Positions 10,010 to 18,564 of a stretch of 64,000 nt of DNA are shown here, piece after piece. The stretch's first letter is position 1. Each line of letters opens with the position of its first letter. A program made the translations under genes and the position numbers. Origin of the DNA: Verrucomicrobiota bacterium (lineage in GTDB: Bacteria; Verrucomicrobiota; Verrucomicrobiia; Limisphaerales; Palsa-1400); assembly GCA_049517295.1 (NCBI GenBank), contig JBEKSF010000013.1, positions 2,087 through 66,086 of the forward strand, written 5' to 3'. The notes under the pieces are model-generated. The model worked only from the letters and a program-made list of their open reading frames with translations. It did no database searches and was not told the DNA's origin.

Positions 10010-10942
10010 TCATTTCCAATTGGGCTGGCGATAACGGTCACGAACGTAGTCGTAATCCGTGCCGGACGGCGGCGCCTCGCCCATGACATCCCAGGGCTGC
10101 ATCAATTGGCTTCCCGACACGCCCGAGGAGGCGAGAATACCGGCTTGGATGATAAACTTGTCGTGCCATTTATGAGACTCGGCATGGCCATCGGCAAAAA
10201 CAAGGGTGTCGATGTTGCCGTGGTACATGGCAATCGGGTCGTCCCAGCCAAACTTGTCTGTGTCTGTATTCCAGAGAATCACCCAAGTGCCATCGTTATA
10301 CCCGCGGGAATCGGCATCCTCGATCATGGCCAGGGTCATGGAGGCGGCGGAAATCTGGCTGACTTTGAGGCAGGTGCTGGGAGTGACGCTGGCCAGAGAG
10401 CCAACGGCCGAGTAGTTGTCGGAGCTGTCGCCGCCGTAATTCTGGGTCTTGGAATAGCTGTCATAAGCCCAGCCCATGCCTGGCAGGCGGTATTTGAAGC
10501 GCGTATCGCCGGGGCAATGGAAGGATTGGGGGTTGGGACAGTAGGGAAAAAGGAGGTTGTACCTCGTTAAACCGGCAAGGGAGTTCGAAAGGGCGGTGTT
10601 TGGCGATTCGCCAACATAAGGAGGCAACGGGACAGGCCCGCTCCAAAAGCCCCCGCCTGAAATGCCGGTTGGCCCGTAATAAAAGGGCACGACCCAGCCT
10701 TTGTTGTCATCCGAATACATGGAAAAGGCCAGGGCATGTTCCTTCTGGTTGTTAAGACAAGCCGTTTGGGTGGCTTTAAGTTTTGAATACGCCAGCGCCG
10801 GCAGAATCATCGCCGCCAGGATGACAATGATGGCGATGACCACCAGCAACTCGATCAAAGTGAAAGCGTGGCAACACCCCGCCGCCGCCGGCGAAACCAG
10901 CGGACCGGGTTGCCGGCTGCCGTCCTCAACTTGTCCTCTCAC
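10010..10942 (-). CDS. Prepilin-type N-terminal cleavage / H-X9-DG (DUF1559-like) protein
   Basis: HA|[24 protein letters not shown]; C-terminal [15 protein letters not shown]. Confidence 0.9.
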   Translation of the reverse strand: MRGQVEDGSRQPGPLVSPAAAGCCHAFTLIELLVVIAIIVILAAMILPALAYSKLKATQTACLNNQKEHALAFSMYSDDNKGWVVPFYYGPTGISGGGFWSGPVPLPPYVGESPNTALSNSLAGLTRYNLLFPYCPNPQSFHCPGDTRFKYRLPGMGWAYDSYSKTQNYGGDSSDNYSAVGSLASVTPSTCLKVSQISAASMTLAMIEDADSRGYNDGTWVILWNTDTDKFGWDDPIAMYHGNIDTLVFADGHAESHKWHDKFIIQAGILASSGVSGSQLMQPWDVMGEAPPSGTDYDYVRDRYRQPNWK

Positions 10943-10970
10943 ATTGCTTGCGTTTTGCTAAAGTCACGGA

Positions 10971-11006
10971 GGAGGGCCGGGAAACTGCCTCGATTCCCGG
11001 CCCTCC
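10971..11006. other. Intergenic stem-loop (weak terminator or mRNA stabiliser)
   Basis: 13-bp stem GGAGGGCCGGGAA/TTCCCGGCCCTCC with no adjacent U-tract. Confidence 0.55.
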
Positions 11007-11015
11007 CGGCTGGCA

Positions 11016-14000
11016 CTATTGGTGCCCCTCAAAGTACATCTGCTTGCCGTGTGGCGCAACCGGGAGCGGCGAGACGGCGGGGGCCACAGGGGTGTATGGG
11101 CCTGAAACCACCGGCGCCGAGAACAGCGAACCATAAGGCTGGGTGACCAGGAAGCCGCTGGGCGAGGCAGTGAAGTTGAACTGCAACGTCAAGGCGTTGG
11201 TATCCACCAGTGCTCCGCTCATCGCATGGCCGACTTCAGTAGCCGTGAGATTGCGGTTATACATGCGGAAGTCGTCCATCAGCCCGTTGAAGTCCTCCCA
11301 ATAGAAGTCATACATGGTGTCCGCGCCGACTTCGAATTGCGCTCCCAGCGGCCAATTCCAAGGCTGCTTGTTGAAGCCCTGAGAATCTTGGTTGCCGTCG
11401 ATGTACACCGTCACCCCGCCGCTGCCGCTGTCGTCATAGACAAACGCGCAATGATGCCACTTGTTGTCCGTGACGGAGGTGGGCGACTCGAAGTTGACGT
11501 AGCCGTCCTGAGCCTGGATGAACAGATTGCCGTCGTTGTGCTGGGCTATGACGAGGCCCCCATTGCCATTGCGCCGATCGAAAAGGATGGCGCCTTCATT
11601 TTGGTAACCGCTGCTGGTGTCGATGCTGCCCGAGCGCAACCAGAACATGATGGTTCCCTGGTCGGCATCGAAGGCCGGATAGCCGAACTCAAGAATTTGC
11701 GAGCTGTTCGTTGCGTCAAACAGCATCACGCCCGAGCGCGTGGTCGAGCCGTCGGAATCGGAGGCCTTCCACGAGCAAGCCGAGGCAAGGGCATCGTAGA
11801 ACGGACCCGCCGGTTTCTCGTCGGTTATGACGTTGGTGGAGGCGTTGATGCCCACCATCATCGGCAGGCCAACGGAGACGTGGGTTTGCAGTTGGGCCTG
11901 GGTCAGCGCGTAGTTATAGAACGCGACCTCGTCCAAGGTGCCGTTGAAGGCGAAGTTGTCGTCGTTTCTGATCCCGATTTCCGCCGGGTTGCTCGAGTTG
12001 GGAACATAGTTCCCGGCGTTGACGGCGGCGGATCCGTCCGCGTAGCCGAACACGTACGCGGTCGCCTCGCTGGACCCGTCATAGACGATCGCGGTATGAT
12101 ACCAATTGCCCGGAACAAAGGTGGTGGCCCCGACGATTTCCACCTGGATGCCCGCGGCATTCCCCATCTCCCACGTTAGGCCGGAGCCTCCATTGTTGAG
12201 GTACAGTATATAGCCCAGGCGCGCCGGCGAGCCACGGAACTGGGAAGCAAACGGCACCTCGGTGCCGGTGTCGTTGGGCTTGATCCACAGCTCCAGCGTG
12301 AACGCCCCCGCTGGGTTGAGGATGCTGGAGAACGGAACCTCCGCGTGCCCGCCGCCAGTAAAGGCTACCGCCGTGTCCGGATTGCCCGCCAGGGCGCCGG
12401 GGGCGTCGAGATTGAAGGCTCCCGCGCCGGCGTTGAGGAGGTAAGTCCCGTCGAGGCCGCCGGCGTAATCGCGCATCGTGGTGCCGGAGATTTCATCCAA
12501 ACGCCAGTAGGCCGAAGGGTTGTCCGCCATGACCGTGGCCGCGTAGCCACCGGGCGGCGCGACGAAATTCATCACGATCGGCTGGCTGTTGGTCGAGCCA
12601 TAGGAGTTTTTGACAGCCAGCGTGTAGCTGGCCGAGAAGTTGGTGGCCGTCGGCGACAGGGTCAGCGTGGTCGTGGTGGCGCCGGCAATGAGCAGGTTGT
12701 TGCTGCGCCACTGATAGTATAGAGGAGGCGTGCCGCCCACGTTGGCGGCCAACACGACGGACCCTCCCGCATAAAGGGTGTCGCCGCTGGATTGGCTGAT
12801 AATCGTCGGACCCGACGTGTTGGTGCCATAGACGAAGGTGGAATAATGAATCTGCAGATCGGCGCTGGAAAGAGCCGCGTTGTAAACGGCCACTTCGTCA
12901 ATCGTGCCCGTCCATTGGCCCGGGTTGTTGGTGGTCTCGGAACCGATGTAGAGCGGGGCACCGGTGGCGCTGCCAAAACCGCTTTGGGTCGCCGGACCAA
13001 GCGACTGGCCATCCAAATAAGCGGTGATCGTGTTGTTGGTCAAAACAAATGCGACGTCCGCCAGCCGGTTGAGCAGATTGTGGGGTGCGGGCCAGCTCAG
13101 GGCCACGCCGTTGTCATTCTGGTAGGTCAGGGCGCTGCCATCCCCCGAGGCGCCGAATGCGTAACGAATCTGTGTGCCGTCGGTTGAGGCCTCGGATAGA
13201 AAAACCATGTTTCCCGCGCTGCCGGCGAAGAGGTCAACCAGCGCCTCGACAGTGCCGCCGCCGCTCGGGAACTCATAAGCGCTGTTGGGGGGAACCTGGA
13301 CGTCACCGCCGCCCGTCAAGTAGAGCGCTCGCTGGCCGTAGGAGCGGTTGGTCTGGCCGTCGTAGGAGGCGGTTCCTTCCAAAGCGCCGTTGTGGGTGGC
13401 GTCGGCAATGTTGGCGACCGTTGAACCCAGGCTGCCATCGACTTCAAAATAGGCGACCAGGCCGGCCTCGCCCAGGATGACACTGTGATAGGCGTCGTTG
13501 TTGGCCGTCTGCGTGGGGGCGATTGTCAACGCCGCCACCGTGCTCGTCGTCGAATTACCCCGATTGGCCACAATGCAATCAAAAGTCGAGCTGCTGTCGG
13601 TCAAGCCCACCCGCGGCAGATAAAGATCGGCCTCAACGGCCCCGGGGATGTTGGTCGTGCCGCGAATCCACTGATACGTATTGTTTGTGTCCTGCGACGC
13701 GATAACGTCAAAGTTCGCCGCGCCATTATCCCAAACCGTAGCGCTCTGCGGTTGAATGACAATGCTGGGCAAGGGGCGCAGGAGCAGGTCGTTGGTGGAG
13801 AATTGGCCGGAAGCGAAGGTGAAGATGCGCTCTTCGTCGAGGTATCCGTCCACTCCCCAGTAAGCGCCATCGGTGCCGATAAACATGTAGCCGGCGGGAT
13901 CGGTCAGCGGAGTGACGGTGTTGTCGTTGGTGGCGCACGGGACGCCATTGGTATAGAAGACGAGCGTACCATCCATGTTCACCAAGGCGAGGTGAATCCA

Positions 14001-14549
14001 GGTATTGGTGTCGATGAAAACCTCTGGTGAGAAGTCAATGACGTTGTGAGAATTGCCCTGTTCGACGATGCCGGCATGGATCGCGGCAGGGGATACGGTG
14101 TTGTCGATTCTGACACAGGCGCCGCCTCCAGGCCCCAAGCCATATTGCGAACCGCCGGAGGACATAATCCAAATTTCGTTTTGGCTGCTGCCCACCCAAC
14201 CTGTGCCCACCGGCAGGAACCAGATTTCGAGGCCGTAGTTGGTGGCCGGCGGGATATAGCCGGTGCCCCACAGTTCGGTCACCACGCCGCCGAAGCCGAA
14301 GTAAGCGGCATTGGTGCTGATGTAGCCTGTGGTTCCCAGCGGCCCGCCGACGGCGTTCTCGACGATGGGCGGGACGGCTCCGGTATAGTAGCTATTGACG
14401 TAGTTGTGGCCATTGCCGCTGGAGTCCGTTATGATGGAGCCGCCTTCCCCGAAGTGCCACCACCCTTGCGTGGTCACCGTGGCCGATGAGGTGTTGATCA
14501 TGAACAGCCCCGCGAGGGCAAGTCCGGTAGAGATTATTTTGTGTCTCAT
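11016..14549 (-). CDS. Large secreted multi-LamG/Ig-domain protein
   Basis: Start MRHKIISTGLALAGL (signal peptide); about four LamG modules (WIHLALV, IDEVAVY, FTLELW...WYHTAIVY, WHHCAFVY) and two Ig modules. Confidence 0.87.
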   Translation of the reverse strand: MRHKIISTGLALAGLFMINTSSATVTTQGWWHFGEGGSIITDSSGNGHNYVNSYYTGAVPPIVENAVGGPLGTTGYISTNAAYFGFGGVVTELWGTGYIPPATNYGLEIWFLPVGTGWVGSSQNEIWIMSSGGSQYGLGPGGGACVRIDNTVSPAAIHAGIVEQGNSHNVIDFSPEVFIDTNTWIHLALVNMDGTLVFYTNGVPCATNDNTVTPLTDPAGYMFIGTDGAYWGVDGYLDEERIFTFASGQFSTNDLLLRPLPSIVIQPQSATVWDNGAANFDVIASQDTNNTYQWIRGTTNIPGAVEADLYLPRVGLTDSSSTFDCIVANRGNSTTSTVAALTIAPTQTANNDAYHSVILGEAGLVAYFEVDGSLGSTVANIADATHNGALEGTASYDGQTNRSYGQRALYLTGGGDVQVPPNSAYEFPSGGGTVEALVDLFAGSAGNMVFLSEASTDGTQIRYAFGASGDGSALTYQNDNGVALSWPAPHNLLNRLADVAFVLTNNTITAYLDGQSLGPATQSGFGSATGAPLYIGSETTNNPGQWTGTIDEVAVYNAALSSADLQIHYSTFVYGTNTSGPTIISQSSGDTLYAGGSVVLAANVGGTPPLYYQWRSNNLLIAGATTTTLTLSPTATNFSASYTLAVKNSYGSTNSQPIVMNFVAPPGGYAATVMADNPSAYWRLDEISGTTMRDYAGGLDGTYLLNAGAGAFNLDAPGALAGNPDTAVAFTGGGHAEVPFSSILNPAGAFTLELWIKPNDTGTEVPFASQFRGSPARLGYILYLNNGGSGLTWEMGNAAGIQVEIVGATTFVPGNWYHTAIVYDGSSEATAYVFGYADGSAAVNAGNYVPNSSNPAEIGIRNDDNFAFNGTLDEVAFYNYALTQAQLQTHVSVGLPMMVGINASTNVITDEKPAGPFYDALASACSWKASDSDGSTTRSGVMLFDATNSSQILEFGYPAFDADQGTIMFWLRSGSIDTSSGYQNEGAILFDRRNGNGGLVIAQHNDGNLFIQAQDGYVNFESPTSVTDNKWHHCAFVYDDSGSGGVTVYIDGNQDSQGFNKQPWNWPLGAQFEVGADTMYDFYWEDFNGLMDDFRMYNRNLTATEVGHAMSGALVDTNALTLQFNFTASPSGFLVTQPYGSLFSAPVVSGPYTPVAPAVSPLPVAPHGKQMYFEGHQ

Positions 14550-14748
14550 GTGAGGAGTGGGTTTTGGGTCTTGCAGTTTGTTTTGCCACCGCGCCGACAA
14601 GGCTTCCCGGCATAAGGAGAAACACAACAGGCGGCGCATACAGTTGGCTGACATCGGAACATTGCCGTTTCTTATACCAAAGCGATCCGGCCAACGGTAT
14701 CACGCAAACGCGGGCATCGCGGCGGCCCCCCCACCCGCGGGCGCAGGA

Positions 14749-15450
14749 TCAAAACAAGCGTTCCTTCAGGGCCTTGGCGACGGCGCCGGTGCGCGTGTGA
14801 ACGTGGAGCTTGGTGTAAATGTTGCGCAAGTGTGTGTCCACGGTGTGATAGCTGACGTTGAGTTTATCGGCGATTTCTTTCTTGATCAGGCCCTCGACCA
14901 TCAATTCGAGAATCATCTGCTCGCGCGCGGTCAGACTGTAATCATTGGCGGGAGCGGCGACCTGGCTCAACATGTCCAGAACCGACCGGGCCACCTGCGG
15001 CAGCATGGCGGCCCCGCCGGCATGAACGTCGCGGATGGCTTCCACAATCTTGGCGGCCGGGGCGGTTTTGAGCAGGTAACCGGAGGCGCCCGCGCAAATC
15101 GACTTGAATATCTTGTCGTGGCTGTCGAAGACCGTCAGCATAACGACACGCGTTGAGGGCGATATGGATTTGATCCGGCGCACCGCCTCTATGCCGTTCA
15201 TCCCGGGCAGTTCGACATCGAGCAGAATCACATCGGGCACGACGCCTTCGTTCAAAGATTCCAATGCCTCTTCGGAGTTGGAGAAATGGGCGGAGCAATC
15301 CAAGCCGGGGACTTGCTTGAGGATGCGCGCCACCGTTTTGCGAAAAGTGTCGCTGTCCTCGATCAGCCAGACCGTGATCGCTGTCTCCGACGGGCTGCCA
15401 GGGGGCGCCGGGGATTGGGTCACGTTGTCGATGGAGCCGTTCTGCATCAT
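14749..15450 (-). CDS. NarL/LuxR-family response regulator
   Basis: REC domain (IED, LLDVELPGMNG, GYLLK) plus LuxR HTH (LTAREQ...TVDTHLRNIYTKL). Confidence 0.93.
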   Translation of the reverse strand: MMQNGSIDNVTQSPAPPGSPSETAITVWLIEDSDTFRKTVARILKQVPGLDCSAHFSNSEEALESLNEGVVPDVILLDVELPGMNGIEAVRRIKSISPSTRVVMLTVFDSHDKIFKSICAGASGYLLKTAPAAKIVEAIRDVHAGGAAMLPQVARSVLDMLSQVAAPANDYSLTAREQMILELMVEGLIKKEIADKLNVSYHTVDTHLRNIYTKLHVHTRTGAVAKALKERLF

Positions 15451-15526
15451 CGTTGGCGCCGTTGGTTGGCCGAATTCAAAGCGACCTCATATTGGCACAT
15501 CCCTGGCCGGGGCGCCATCCCCGTAT

Positions 15527-18475
15527 TCACGGGATGGGGGCGGTCAGCGTCACGGTGGTTCCGTTGCCTGGGCGGCTCTCAATGGTCAGCGTTCCGTGAA
15601 GGTCGCCCGTGCGGCGCCGGAGATTCTTCAAGCCGTTGCCCCGGCGCGCCCTGGCCTCGTCGAACCCGACACCGTTGTCAACGACCCGGAGATTGAACTG
15701 GCGCCCATCAACGGAGACGGAAATCTCGACTTTGCTCGCGCGGGCGTGTTTGGCGATATTGTGGAGAATCTCCTTGAACATGGGGAAGACGTTCTGGCGC
15801 AAGCGCAGCGACAGGGCGCGCGCGCCGGCCTGGCCTTTGGCGTGGAAGGCGAAGAGCACACCCGGCAACATCGTTCGCGCCGTTTCCTTCATACGCAGAA
15901 CCAGGTCTTCCATGTTGTCGGCCGCGGGGTCAAGAAACCACACAATGTCTCGCAACGCTCCAACAGTCTGCAACGCTACGCGCCGGATTTCGCCTAATTC
16001 CTCCGCGGCGGGTCCCTCCTGCCGGCCCGCCATTTCGCTCAGCAGGGCGATGCTGCCCAGATTGCTCCCCACTTCGTCGTGCAAATCGCTGGCGATGCGC
16101 AATCGCATTCGCACCAGTCTCCGCTCAGCGAGCAAACGGGCTTCGTAGGCGGTGACAAAGATGGCTATGGCCACCGCGATGCACAAGGGACGGAACCACC
16201 ATGTTTGCCAGAAACGGGGAAGAATCAACAGGCCAAGCGCGTCGCCGTTTTCATTCCAGACGCCATCATTGTTGCAGGCCTTGACGCGGAAGAAATAATG
16301 GCCGGGCTGCAGGTGGCTGTAATTGGCAATCCGCCGGCCTCCCGCCTCGATCCAGTTCTCCTCCAGCCCTTCCAGACGATACTTGAAGCGCACATTCATC
16401 GGCTCCGTTAAACTCAGGCCGGTGTAATGAAACTCCAGACGCTCGGTCCCGGCCGGAAGCCGCACCTCCGTCCTCCCCGGAGGAGCCATCTCAATGGACG
16501 TTCTGGCCCGCCCATCAGCCACCACCTCTTCGATCGCGACGGGCGGCGGCAACGGGTTGGCCGGCACGTTGGCCGGGTCCACCACCGCCAGCCCGCGGAC
16601 GGTGGGAAACCAAAGCCGTCCATCGGGCGTCCGGCATCCGCAGGGCTGGCATCTTCCGGTGCATTCCGAACTGGGCAGCCCATCGGAGGCGTTGTAGGCG
16701 ACGCACGGGATGGAGGGGATTTGCTGGCGGACAAAGCGCGACAGATCATTTTTATTGACTCGAAAGACGCCGCCGAGCGAGCCGCACCAGAGGTTCGACG
16801 CGGCGTCCTCAGCCACAAAACCGAGGGTGTCACTGGGCAGGCCGTCCCGCGAGGTGAAGGCCGTGAATTTTCCGCCGGCATAAGCGTTGAGACCGCCCCC
16901 GTCCGTGCCGATCCAGACGGTGCCCGCCGCGTCGGCATAGAGCGAGCGGATCGATTCGCAGCTCAAGCCCTCCAAGCGGCCAAAACGGGTTTGCCGGCCC
17001 TGGTTCATGCGATAAAGCCCGTCCCCTGCCGTGCCAATCCACAGCGCCCCCGAAGGGTCCTGGGCAAACGCCCGGACATCCGCGCCGGCAAAATGACCGC
17101 GCAACTCCGTGGCCGAAAAGGAACCGTCCTTGAGGGCGAAGACCTCCGGCGCCGAGCATTGCTGGCCCAGCCAAAGAGCCCCCGCCCCGTCCTCAAACAG
17201 CGCGCAGATGACTCCGCGGCACTCTGAGGGCATGGGCACGGCGACGAATTGATCGCCCACCAATCGGCACAAGCCGCCTCCCCAGGTTCCCGCCCAGATG
17301 GTTTTCTTCCGGTCGCAAAACACCGACCAGATGAAATCATTGGGCAGCCCTTGGCCGACGCCATAATGGCGAATGGTTTCGCCGCGGATGCAATCGACTC
17401 CGTCGCCTATCATACCCACCCAAAGCTCGCCCACCGGTCCCTGGCACACCGACAAGACGCAGTCTCCCGCCAGGCCCTGTTTTCTGCTAAAGCTGCGAAA
17501 CGCCACCGGCCTGATTCGCGCCAGCCCGTACCCCTCGGTCCCCACCCAGACATTGCCTTCGCGGTCTTCGCACAGGGAACGCACCAGGTCGCCGGGCAAA
17601 CCATCCGCGCTGGAAAAGCGTTGCGCCAGGCCGTTGGGACCGTAGCAATAGACGCCGCTGCCGTAGGTGCCAACCCATAATTGACCGCGATGATCCTCCA
17701 TCATCCGGACGACGCCGCCTTTTGGCCACGGGTAGGGGCCAAAATCGATCACGCCAGCTTGATCTGAAACCCTCCGCAGACGCCCATTTGCGGCCACCCA
17801 GCAGCCACCGCTGCGTCCGCCGCCCAGAACGGCCGGCTGGCTGCGGTCGCTGTGGATGTCGTCGAGCACCTGGCGGAAGCGGCCCTCGCGCCAGACGCCG
17901 ACCGTTCGGTCGGTCGAAATCCAAATGCCTCCGGCGCGATCAGCCGTCAAAAAGTTGACATTGGGTTGCACCGATTCCCAGCCTCTGTGGGCAACCGATC
18001 CGTTGGCTGCGCTGAACCGGATCAGTTCCCCGCGGGGAGTGATGAGCCAGATGTGGCCGTCGGCGCCCTCAGCGAAGTATTCCAGATGCTCCGAGAAGGT
18101 CACCCAGCCCGGCGGCGAGCAGAGTTCAAATTGGCCGCCGGCGTAGCGGATCAGTTGGCCTTCCTCGGTGGCGATCCAGAGCGCTCCCGCGCGGTCTTCA
18201 TAGAGCGCGAGGATGCGAATGCTGGCCAACCCCGGCGCATTGTTGGGCGTAAAAACCTTGAATCGCACGCCATCGAAGCGGACCAATCCGCCGAAGGTGC
18301 CGAGCCAAAGGTAGCCATCGTGCGTCTGGACAATCGCGGTGACCGAGCTTTGCGGCAGCCCGTCGTCAACCTGCCACGAATCAACTCGATAGGGTTGCAA
18401 CTCACCGGCGCCAAATGCCGCCACCGCCATAAAGCCCGGAAACAAGGCCAAAACCGCACGGATGAGCCATTTCAC
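15527..18475 (-). CDS. Sensor histidine kinase: beta-propeller (Reg_prop) repeats, Y_Y_Y, TM, HisKA_3/HATPase
   Basis: DGLP...D..G.LW.GT repeats; FKYRLEG...YSHLQPGHYFFRV; RIASDLHDEVG; DNGVGF, GNGL. Confidence 0.93.
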   Translation of the reverse strand: MKWLIRAVLALFPGFMAVAAFGAGELQPYRVDSWQVDDGLPQSSVTAIVQTHDGYLWLGTFGGLVRFDGVRFKVFTPNNAPGLASIRILALYEDRAGALWIATEEGQLIRYAGGQFELCSPPGWVTFSEHLEYFAEGADGHIWLITPRGELIRFSAANGSVAHRGWESVQPNVNFLTADRAGGIWISTDRTVGVWREGRFRQVLDDIHSDRSQPAVLGGGRSGGCWVAANGRLRRVSDQAGVIDFGPYPWPKGGVVRMMEDHRGQLWVGTYGSGVYCYGPNGLAQRFSSADGLPGDLVRSLCEDREGNVWVGTEGYGLARIRPVAFRSFSRKQGLAGDCVLSVCQGPVGELWVGMIGDGVDCIRGETIRHYGVGQGLPNDFIWSVFCDRKKTIWAGTWGGGLCRLVGDQFVAVPMPSECRGVICALFEDGAGALWLGQQCSAPEVFALKDGSFSATELRGHFAGADVRAFAQDPSGALWIGTAGDGLYRMNQGRQTRFGRLEGLSCESIRSLYADAAGTVWIGTDGGGLNAYAGGKFTAFTSRDGLPSDTLGFVAEDAASNLWCGSLGGVFRVNKNDLSRFVRQQIPSIPCVAYNASDGLPSSECTGRCQPCGCRTPDGRLWFPTVRGLAVVDPANVPANPLPPPVAIEEVVADGRARTSIEMAPPGRTEVRLPAGTERLEFHYTGLSLTEPMNVRFKYRLEGLEENWIEAGGRRIANYSHLQPGHYFFRVKACNNDGVWNENGDALGLLILPRFWQTWWFRPLCIAVAIAIFVTAYEARLLAERRLVRMRLRIASDLHDEVGSNLGSIALLSEMAGRQEGPAAEELGEIRRVALQTVGALRDIVWFLDPAADNMEDLVLRMKETARTMLPGVLFAFHAKGQAGARALSLRLRQNVFPMFKEILHNIAKHARASKVEISVSVDGRQFNLRVVDNGVGFDEARARRGNGLKNLRRRTGDLHGTLTIESRPGNGTTVTLTAPIP

Positions 18476-18564
18476 TTTCAGGCATTATAGAAAGCAAACC
18501 CAACACGGCAATAGCAGCCTTCTCTTGTTTGATGTCCTGTCCGGTGCTATGCTTTTGCGGAACA

